A DNA stretch of 64,000 nt. Origin: Paragordius varius. Its lineage: Eukaryota > Animalia > Nematomorpha. Where the stretch lies: the NCBI GenBank assembly GCA_964247055.1, contig OZ176050.1, positions 7,440,001-7,504,000 of the forward strand. The letters run 5' to 3'. Position numbers and translations under genes: made by a program. This document shows, one piece after another, positions 54,101 to 64,000 of this stretch (positions are counted from its first letter, which is position 1; each line of letters starts with the position of its first letter). The notes under the pieces were generated by a model. That model searched no databases, was not told the DNA's origin, and saw nothing but the letters and a program-made list of their open reading frames with translations.

Positions 54101-57100
54101 AAAGGGAATACCAAGTAATACCTCTTCAATTGTGACTGAATAATTAGTAAATGGATTTAAATTGGTTGAAGTTATGCTTTTATCTTCATTGCCAAAATTA
54201 TCAACCCCATTCTGACCTATTAATTTGTCAGCGCCATTTGCGTCACCATTATTTGCCCACCCATTTGTCTAAAAAATTGATTAATATTCAGTATAATAAT
54301 ATTTTTAAACTATATAAGGCTAATATATTTTTTAAGTCATTATATTCAAAATTATGATTTTTATCTAAAAATTAATATTCATTAAGTATAAAACATTATG
54401 AATTAAATTTTACGAATTCGAAATTTTTAGTAAATGGTGACATATTTTGATACATTTTTTTGCGTGTTTTCCATTTCAAAAGCAATTGAAACACAAAATA
54501 TAAGACTTAATGATCATTTATTTAATAAAATTAATAATCTATACTATTTAAATAATGCGTTTTATTCTTATTTATAATAAAAACTTATTTTTTACAAAAA
54601 ACGAAAATCATTCAAGATTCAACCGACCAACCTCTTTTATTGTTTCAACTTCAGAGGTTTTGCTGTTATTATCTGAAGAGAAAGCACCCCAACCGCCTTC
54701 ACTTTTTTCCTCAACGATATTGTTTTTATCGGAACCTCCCCATGCAGATCCGGTATCGTTGCCACCCCAACCACCACCACTTGTACTAACCTGAATATAT
54801 GCATTAATATAAAATGTGTGATTTAATTAATACGCTTTTCTTTTACATATATACCATTTACAGTTCAAATTCACCCTTAAACAATTCAAATTCATCCTTG
54901 AAAAATTCATATTCACCCTCGAACAATTCAAATTCACCCTTGAACAATTAGATTTCACCCTCAAAAAATTCAAATTCATCCTGAAATAAATTATGTGTTT
55001 TTGGAAATTAAAAATTATCTATATTTAATTATATTTATAAAAATGAAATCTTGTCTAAAATTAATATAACACTAAAAAAATAATAAACTATGCCATACGA
55101 ATATATTTTAAATTAATGATGAGTTATATTAGCCGGAAAAACTTTTATTTTTAGGGTGAATTTAAATTGTTCAAGGGTAGTTTTGAATTGTAAATGGTAT
55201 AGTTGTAATATGTTCAACGATATCTCTCCGAATCAAGTGTTTAAAATATAATTGATAAAAAATAAAAAATTTTTTTTACTTAATTATGTTTAATGAAAAA
55301 TTACGTAAGAGTTGTTTTTTATAGTATATCGCCAAGGCAGATTTTGTTTTTAATTGCAGTTAAAAGCTAAAGGACCATTGTTTATAATATATTCGTAAAC
55401 ATCTCAAAAATGTCAAATAAATTTAATATATTTTATGATATACTAAAAATAAATGAACAAAAAACATTTTCTATAACGTTTCTAGATTATCAAATTATCT
55501 TAAACGTAACGAAAATGTTATAAAAATTCCAAAAAATCTAATATATTTGATATTATACTTAAAGTAAATCAAAAAACATCTTTTACATTTTTTATTATTA
55601 TTATTATCATATAGAACCAGTGTTTATTGCTAAAATTATAATGGACATATCAAAATGTCAAATATCCAATAACTTTTTCGGTAATTTAATATAAAATCAA
55701 CCAAAACAAATAGATTGGAATTAATTTAAAAAGGTTTCATAAAATCCATCTTATTCGCCAACGTATAAAAATTCAAATTACCGAAAATATTATAAATAAG
55801 TGGCTAACAATTTTGGTTGTTAAATAATGTTAATCAACAGCATATGTAATACACCGGGAAAAAAGGAGAAAAAATCATGACAATCTTCACACATCCTTAA
55901 ACATATAATTATGTTTAATTATTTAAATCAGGGCTTCTTAAACTTTTGTAATTCCCGACCCCATTTATGATTGCGAGTTTCTTAACGCCCCAACAAATAT
56001 CAAAGAAAAATAAATTAATATTTTTTGATGATATATTTATTGGGTAACAATATACATATGAATATCAAAATATATAAATTTAGAATTCGTTTTGAAACCA
56101 GAACATTTTATGATGCATTTAACTATGATTTTTGCCATTTTTCTTTATAACAATAATTTTACAAGTTAAAAAACATTTTTTTATCACTCGCGATAGTTTA
56201 AGAAGCCCTGATTTATATCAATTTAATATAAAATTAAACTAAATACTTCATCCGTTTTAGTCGCCGTGTTCGTGACAGATTTATTAGTAGTATCATTAGT
56301 TGAAAACGATTCTTTGTCTTTATTATTATTACTAGTCCAACTAGTTGAATCACATTTAGTATCACCACCGGATGCCCCCCAACCAGATTCATTATGCATA
56401 GAATTATTCGTATTAGACGCGTTGCCCCAACCCCCTGAGGAGAAATCATTGGATTCATTATTCGTGTTACCAGTAGCCAAGTTTTTTTTATTATCGTTGT
56501 TACCACTAAATTGTGTTGGGGCGCCTCCATCACCCCAACCCCCAAAACTATTTCCACCATTATTCGAAGAGGATTCAGGATTAAACATTTGTGAAGATGA
56601 TGAACTGTTGTATATGTATATGTTTATATATATACCATTTACAGCTAAAATTTATCCTTGAACAATTCAAATTCACCCTCGAACAATTCAAATTTACCCT
56701 TGAACAATTAATTTACAAGCAATTCAAATTCACCCTGGAACAATTCAAATTCACCCTTGAACAATTCAAATTCACCCTAAAATAAATTATGTATTTTTTA
56801 AGATTAAAAATTGCCTTTTTTATATTTTTAAAAATAAAATTACGTTTAAAATTAATATAATAATAAACTATGCCATAAGAATATCTTTTACATTAATGAT
56901 GAGTTATATTAGCCTAAAAACAATTGATTTATATTTAGCGTGAATTTGAATTGTTCAAGCGTGAATTTGTGTAAATGGTATATATAAAATACGGTATGCA
57001 CATTAATGTTGGTCTATTAATAATACGGTGGTGTGTAATAAAAATCTATCTTTTTGTGTCCATAATTTATTAAATGTTGTAAGATAGTAAAACAATGTTG

Positions 57101-60100
57101 AATTTGAAACATTTGTTATTTTTTGCCCATACGCTATACTGTATTGCCAATTGACCAAAAATAATGTAAATTGGCTAACATATATGCTCATCCTGTAAAT
57201 GAAATATTATCAACATAACATAAAAATCCTTTCAGCTAAAACCATCAGGAACCGGATTTTAGTTACGGTTCTATAAGATTTTCGTTTTGCCATTGTGTTT
57301 TTCAGTCAAATGGTTCTAATTTTGGTGTTCATTTAAAGAATCACCATTATTTTATACACAAGAGGATAAAATGTGACAAAACATAAGTATATCAAACTAT
57401 GAAAATTCGTTTTTTTCTTAAATGGAAAAATTTTATTATAGAGGTTTTGGTTTTTTTCTTTTAGTTCTGAAACGGTAAAAATTTTACAAAAATGTTACGG
57501 TTCCAATAACTAAAAAATATGTCAAACCTGGGGGTATTTTAAGAGTGTTTTTTAATGTGCTCAACTATATATGCATGATCGTGAAAACATTGTTAAGAAA
57601 AATTAAGAAAAATCACTAATATACCAACCAATAGTAAATGTGAAACAGAATAAATTACTAAGATAATCATGTTGTTCAAAAGTATGGCAATGGCACTTCT
57701 TGCGGCCAATTTAATCGATGAATTTTGCAAAAAATATGATAATATTTTAAGATTAACATGAATAAATATATAAAAAGGAAAAACAACACATTAACCTAAT
57801 ATAGTTATAGGAATAAATTTGTATTTAATGAATGCTTTGATCGTTTGTGCAAAGCGCCGGACTCTATCACTGTCAGCCATGGGCAAGCAAGTGTTAAAAC
57901 TTCCAAAAATTCATCTTAATACAATTCAAGTTATTACCCTAATACAAAATGATTTAAACAATTTTCCAAAATTCGTTTAATTTTTTTCCTAAAAAAGCAA
58001 ACGATATACTTATCATTATCCCGAGATCCAAAAGCACCGCCATATGAAGGGGAGGCATTGTTGTAAGATCCGCGCCCACGACCACGGCCTCGACCTCTGC
58101 CTCCTCCTCCTCGACCTCGGCCTCGAAATGAAGAACCATCAAATTTGTCGCTTGATTCCCATTCTCGCTGACCTAATTAATAAATATTGCACCGTAGTAA
58201 AAAACAGTATATTTTTGACTACAAAATGAAAAAAAGATCAAATATAAAATAGATAAAAAACAGCCATGTGTTAGATGCGACTTTTAACTAAAATTATATA
58301 TAAGAAAGTAAAAACAGTAGATTTCACAGAGAAAATGATTATTATTATGCCGTAAACATGCATTTGTTAGTGTCATAATATGACTTTTAATTAATGATTA
58401 GAAAAAAATTAATGGGAAAAACATTAAAATTAAGTAAGTAATTTTATTATTTTCCTCTGTTCATAAGCCTTTCTAGTATGCCATATTTATCTCTTGTCTT
58501 ATCACTTTTTCGTTTTAAATTGATTATTTAAATAACCATAATTTTATTGATATTATCATTTTTTGTATTTACAAATGGGCGCAAAATTATGCAATTACAT
58601 GGTGTACGTTTTCCAAAAATTAAATGTTTATCTTTAAGATTTAATAAAATAAAAAATGCAATATATACTAAAAAAATTTTTAATTTGATTCATTGTTAGG
58701 TCGAATAAAGATAGATACAAAAGAAAAGCTGTAAACTAAGTTTTATTTGTTAATATGTGTCAAAGATAATCATAAACGCAAAATATCAAAAGTTACTTAA
58801 AACCCTTAGTAAATTAATGCTAAAAAATGGCACTTTGGCAGTTTAAATCACAAAAACATGGGATTATGATGTAAAACATTTGAATTTTTATTTTAACTAT
58901 CAATGATTCCTCAAAATTTTATAATAAAGTATGGTTGCCTATAATGGCAATATCTTATAACTAGACATTTATGTAAAAATCGGAAAAATTGCATAATGTT
59001 CATTAATTATTACACACAATTCATTATTTAAAAAAAACATAGAATATGTATGCACATATACCACCGCCAAAATCGCGTCCATTCTGTTCATTAGATCTAT
59101 CCTTCCATTCAGATCGATAACCACCGCTAAAACCATTATTATTGTTTTCACCATCAAACGAACTTTTATAATTATTGTTCCATTTTGAATCTGATGAATC
59201 ATTCCGGTTATTTCTACCATTAGTATTAGTAAAAGCACCGCGACTACCTCCACCACGTCCAGCACCCCTAGAAGCACGATAAACTGGGAAAGCCATATTA
59301 TCCCCCTCATGATCATCATTATCATTATAAGAATTTGATTCAAAATTTCTCTCATTATAAGATGATTTATTTCGACCGCGTCCAAAATCATTTTCAGTAG
59401 AGGAAGAAAAGTAATCCCTATTACTACTTTTACCATATTGATTATTTTGATGGTCGACAATGTCGGCAGGTACACCGTATAAGGGATCGGGATAATCAAA
59501 TGATTCATCTTTCCGACCAATAGAATTGCTATTATAATTTTTACGAGCAGGTGTCTAGTAGATATGAATATAAAAAAGCAATAAATTTAGGGTCATCAAC
59601 GTTTAACACTCATGTATTGAATTGTTGGTTATAATTGAGATACAAAATTAACATACTTTAAAGGGGGTGTAAAACACGCGACCTCCGAGATATTATGTGC
59701 GGCCTGCAAAAAATTTGGAAAACTAAATATCAAAATTTGAAATATATAATTACAAAATCTTATGAATAGCTTTTTCCCGATGGTACCGGACTAACAATCG
59801 GCTAAATAAATATTTATTTTTGCCATTTTCACAGACTTATGTTTTTGTCTAATGAATTATTTTATAATTTCCCTGTATTTTTAGAATGCGGCCTACAAAG
59901 CTATTTGTGTTGGACACCCCCGCTTAAGACATATGGATGCCAGTAAATATTTAAAGGAGCTTTATAAGGGAGGAAAATATTTAAGGATCCCCTGCAAGAA
60001 ATTACTTCATCATCATCATTGACAAAATATCCATTGAAAAGCGGTTTCTTTGGTTTTTGTTGAACCTTAATAATTGTATAGTAACATTAATTTTTAAAAC

Positions 60101-62625
60101 AAAGGCTTATAGGTAAAAAAAATTTGACATAAAGATATCTTAAATAACCTATCGTTCATATATAATAAATATTTGCACTAAAAGAGTAAATATTTTAGAT
60201 GTAGGTTAAAGTTGGGACATTGATATGTTGACCACTAGCTAAACTTAGATAAGATAGACAAATTATAATGTATGTATATTAAATTATTTTATTGACTATA
60301 CATATATATATATATATTATATATAATTAAAGGTTTTTAGGTAATTTTAGTTTTAAAAAACCATTTCTACTTTATTCTCATCAACTGGGGCCATAATGGG
60401 AAGCGGGTTCTGAGCCATATCCAACATTTTGTAGGCATTTAATCCAAACTGCTTTGAATATTGTGCCAATCTATTTGCAAATAAAAATTTTATTCGTAAA
60501 GGGCATATATATATGATAAACAAAAAATCAAGGTATATTATGAAAGTTATGATTGGTGAATCGCATAAACTGTGACTGTAGGCGCTTAATAAACCAGTTA
60601 AATATATATTTATCATCAATGGATTAAATTATGATTAAATAATGACATAAAACAACTTAAATTAGATAGAAAAAAATTCTGTAATTTGTCATATTTTCAT
60701 TACTATTTATACTTTTTGATTGTTTGATGTAGTTACAACATATATTTTCATTTGTGGTAATGATAGCCGATTATCATAAATATATACAGTAGCGTATGTC
60801 ATAATACAATGCTACTCCATACAAAAATAACATTTTTTATAAAAAAAGGAGATACTATTAATATGTGTGTATACAACTAGGGTTATTTTATAAAAACATT
60901 TTTTTAATTCTTTTATGGACTAACATTGTTTTATACCATATGTAACTGTAAATTATAAACGGTCAAGTCTGATTTTAATTCAATAAAAAGACGGACTAGG
61001 TCATAAAAATTTAAAAAAATGATCATTAATAAATCGTATAAATTAACATCTGCTGTAATAAAAGAGTAGTGAAAAAATATACCTTTCAAAGATTACACAT
61101 ATATCCGCTCAAATAAAAAATACAAAAGCGGTATTTTAATATTCTTTTAAGTAATCATTTTATAAAATTTAATTTACATTGTATTAGTGGTGATATATCA
61201 ATCAATAATGCAAAATATGCAGTGTGTGATCAAAGTGATTAACATAAAATGGAAAATACCTCAAAAGAAAAAGTAACATGTCGATTATCTGACATAAGTA
61301 TAAAACAGAATTATTAGTGTGTCAAAAGGGAAATGTAAAAGCAATACATTTGTTATACATCAAAGAATACCGTAAAAATTAAATTAAATTGGTATGGTAA
61401 ATTTTTTCCTATTACAGTAGCGTATGACCTAAAACATTATTAGTCCATAAAAGAAAAAAAAACTTTTTTTTAAAAAAACAAGGCTATGGGTTTATACACA
61501 TATCCATAATATCCCCTTGTTCTTTTATAAAAAAACATTTTATTCTTTAGAGATTAATGTTTTATACCATACACTACTGTAGTATTCAAATGCCAATATT
61601 TATTTTGAATTTTACCCGTACAGAAATATAATTATGTTTTAGAAAAAAAATAAAACAAATTTCTAAAGTATTTGTAAAAAGCAATAAAGAGACATACTCT
61701 GGACGATTATTGACACAAAATTTTTTGTGTCTGGCCCAATCTGAATAACAGCATGGTTCCGAACAATAAATGGCTTGACTGCAACAACCGGCAGTAAACA
61801 TGGCTAAAATATATTTTATTAAATTAAAGCTTGAATTTTTGGCTTTTTAAAAAAATAAGATGGAACGGGTATTTAGTATATAATTACCTGGTTTACTGCA
61901 ATTAAAACAAAGATTGACATTCAAATTAGGAGGACATGCTTGTGGTACCATTGTCGGCAAAGATATATTCTTTATTATATATAGAAAAATAATGAATACT
62001 CTTTCAAAAGTAATATTTTGTTCTTCCGGATTAAAAGGCCCATTCCGATAAATGTTCAAATTTTGATTTGCTGCATGAGATGAATCTTGATCTAAAAATT
62101 ATACCCATTACGATAAACTTGAATAGTATATAACTTTTGTGTTTGTTTGAGATCTATTAAATTAAAAAGGCAAATACCTCATCATGGCTAGTGAGTTGTT
62201 GAAATTATCTTTGTTTTCAACAGATCTGCTTTGGCTTAAAAACGTATTGGCAATCTGAACCTTTAATTTTGGGTAAGGTTTCTTAAATTTACAAATTTGA
62301 TTATGAAAATTTTTTATGGCTTCAGAACATTCTTCATTGGTGCTAAAAGTAATCAAACTAAATTTTAAATTATTAAATACGCAGTAGATTTATCATTTTT
62401 GTCAGTCTTATGTATTCTTTTAATATTTCCAACATTTTCAAATATTTCTCTTATATCATCCTATAATTTTAAATAAGTAAAACTTCCGTCCAAGCTAAAG
62501 GTATCAGGTCCACAAATATAGTGGCACTTAATATAAATTAAAATTGTTTACTCATTTCGATGATAATTTTTAGATGGTAAAAAGGATTTGCTTTGGACGT
62601 ATGCTTCACACTCGCCTTGGAACAT
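51104..62625 (-). CDS. RRM + MYND zinc finger + RGG + GW/WG-repeat protein (~945 aa, 21 exons); candidate small-RNA/germ-granule factor
   Basis: Exons 62625-62552, 62526-62484, 62460-62381, 62357-62178, 62153-62119, 62091-62000, 61969-61888, 61803-61698, 60470-60362, 60065-60006, 59554-59062, 58172-58010, 56604-56247, 54790-54632, 54268-54122, 54025-53987, 53808-53758, 53655-53557, 52345-52211, 51914-51844, 51365-51104 join in frame (2838 nt). RRM: ATIFVDLIPLAWTEDDIREIFENVG...KSTALITFSTNEECSEAIKNFH...LKVQIA. MYND: CFNCSKPAMFTAGCCSQAIYCSEPCCYSDWARHKKFC. RG tracts: SRGAGRGGGSRG and FRGRGRGGGGRGRGRGRGRG. About 9 GW/WG motifs; ends SGWD*. The start codon and the single-gene join are inferred. Confidence 0.75.
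52380..52832. mobile_element. TA-flanked MITE (CCATTTGCACT TIR) in an intron
   Basis: TATA-CCATTTGCACT ... AGTGCAAATGG-TATA with CCTTGAACACTTCAAG-like subterminal repeats. Confidence 0.75.
54854..55197. mobile_element. TA-flanked MITE (CCATTTACA TIR) carrying 21-bp tandem repeats
   Basis: TATA-CCATTTACA ... TGTAAATGG-TATA with about 6 units of AACAATTCAAATTCACCCTTG. A sister copy is at 56635-56978 and a decayed copy at ~45620-45880. Confidence 0.8.
55929..56210. mobile_element. hAT (Charlie-like) MITE with near-perfect 8-bp TSD
   Basis: Perfect 16-bp TIR CAGGGCTTCTTAAACT / AGTTTAAGAAGCCCTG; flanks ATTTAAAT and ATTTATAT (7/8). Confidence 0.85.
56635..56978. mobile_element. TA-flanked MITE (CCATTTACA TIR), second copy
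   Basis: Same TIR and 21-bp tandem units as 54854-55197; source of the spurious LEQFKFT ORF. Confidence 0.8.
60787..60948. mobile_element. Tc1/mariner-like MITE (TA-CAGTAGCGTATG)
   Basis: TA flanks; termini CAGTAGCGTATG / CATATGTAACTG. Opposite-orientation sister of 61415-61579. Confidence 0.65.
61415..61579. mobile_element. Tc1/mariner-like MITE (TA-CAGTAGCGTATG)
   Basis: TA TSD (61413-61414, 61580-61581); TIR CAGTAGCGTATG / CATACACTACTG (1 mismatch). Confidence 0.75.
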
Positions 62626-64000
62626 ATTTAAATTTAAAATTTGGAAAATGGGTCGAAATACCGAACACTCTAAATCAACTGATGATAAAAAATTATTTAA
62701 AAATTAAATAAATTTAGATACACTAAATAAATGATTTCTTTCAAAAATTTGGGATTTTAAGGCTTTTTAACCAATTGTTAAATTAATTATATTTTCTGAT
62801 GTGGGGTATTTTAATACAAAATACATTACAAATGTAGTTTAGAAATATAGGCTTAAAACAAATTGTGTCATGGGGGGTATTTCAAAATATGCAGCAGACA
62901 ATGAACCATATAATTCCCAAATAAGCACAATTATCTACAAATATTGCTAATTATACCTTGTTCATTAATACTGATGTTTTAATATGATAAATTTAATTAT
63001 CTATTAAAAATAATTAGAAAAACATTTATATGTTGTGCATAAAAAATTTTTTAAGTTTTATAAAATATAACTTTCGTATTTCCTCTAACATATATTAGTA
63101 AATGTTTGATATATTGGCTCCATATAGAAAAATATTTTAATAAGTAACACAATGAAGACAAAAAATACTAAAAGACATATTCTGATTGGATATATCAGGA
63201 TTCTCATGATGGTTTTGTTTTTGTACTTTAACAAGCATAAAAAAAATTTAGTTCTGTGGCAATTAGTCGATATCTAACCAAACTTAGCGCACATGAAAAT
63301 TATTTTTGATAAAAGCTAAATGCTCAATAACATATAACACTGTGTTCGAATCGGGGGGTTCCTAACGAAATATATATTCTGATAAGTAAGGTTAATTGTT
63401 TTGCTTTTAGTTGTGGCTTTGCTAGTTTAAGAAATTTAATTAGTGCTGCATATCAGAAAATGGCAAAATTTGCGTACATTTTTATTTTTTGGTGAAAGCT
63501 AAATGCTTATCAAAAAATATCTCTTAAATATAAATATAAGCTATATAAAACAAAATATAAAAAATTGATTTCAAGATGTTGGCTTCCAAGGTTCGAAAAT
63601 TTTTCGCTCTTCTAAAATGGTCTATAAATAAACGCAAAAATATAGAGATTGTGCGATATGATATGCTATATTTGGTATCACCTAAATTTTTTTAAAAAGG
63701 TGCATGTTTGGTCACAAATTTACTTTTTAAAAGTTTTGTTGAAGCGTACTAGCTATTATCTTTAGGTACGATGGAAACGGTATAAAAACGCTTTTTGATT
63801 TTGTAAAAATACCATTTCTATATAATTTGATGAATTAAAATTCTGAGGTAATAGAAATGTTGACCATCATTGAATGATATAAAACATGTGTTTTAATAAT
63901 ATGTTAAAGTGTTTTTTAACCGTTAGAATTCTTCAAACTAGTATGAAGTGCGCTCCAAATAAATTTTGCTAAAAATTTATTTTGTAAAAGTATGCATTTA

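Noticed and set aside
54860-54985. 21-bp direct repeats as a CRISPR array (also 56650-56780 and 42959-43060)
   Set aside because: Repeats are contiguous with no unique spacers, lie inside MITEs or minisatellites of a eukaryotic genome, and no cas genes are present.
57003-57192. 62-aa ORF after a good TTACAG acceptor as an alternative terminal exon of the RRM-MYND gene
   Set aside because: Phase-compatible but compositionally intron-like and ends in a stop; the direct 58010 to 56604 join explains the gene. RNA-seq could revive it.
57989-58009. Possible 21-nt intron after the RGG exon
   Set aside because: Using this acceptor reaches a stop within ~20 codons and removes all GW repeats; not counted among the micro-introns, though a truncated isoform cannot be excluded.

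Overview
Very AT-rich (roughly 25% GC by eye) nuclear DNA from an invertebrate animal; the exact taxon cannot be set from the sequence. Six spliced protein-coding genes were assembled by hand with consistent exon phases. They are GABARAP/Atg8 (-, 10931-13896), LEO1 (+, 14022-19708), a ~1465-aa HIF-alpha (-, 21695-32422), akirin (-, 44988-45542), p62/SQSTM1 (+, 47681-50019) and a ~945-aa RRM-MYND-RGG-GW/WG protein of unfamiliar architecture (-, 51104-62625). GABARAP and akirin are absent from the ORF track because they are broken by tiny introns. The main signal is 16 GT-AG introns of only 22-30 nt spread over all six genes, several at intron positions shared with human orthologs, alongside kb-size transposon-filled introns. 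Non-coding DNA is packed with non-autonomous DNA transposons (piggyBac-like TTAA MITEs that nest in each other, hAT, Tc1/mariner-like, CMC-like), RTE LINE 3' fragments and ~150-bp degenerate arrays. One 2.06-kb long-TIR element has RSS-like CAC(A/T)GTG termini with a 23/12 spacing asymmetry. No rRNA, tRNA or CRISPR array was found. Comparisons with human and fly proteins and exon structures are from memory, not from a database search.
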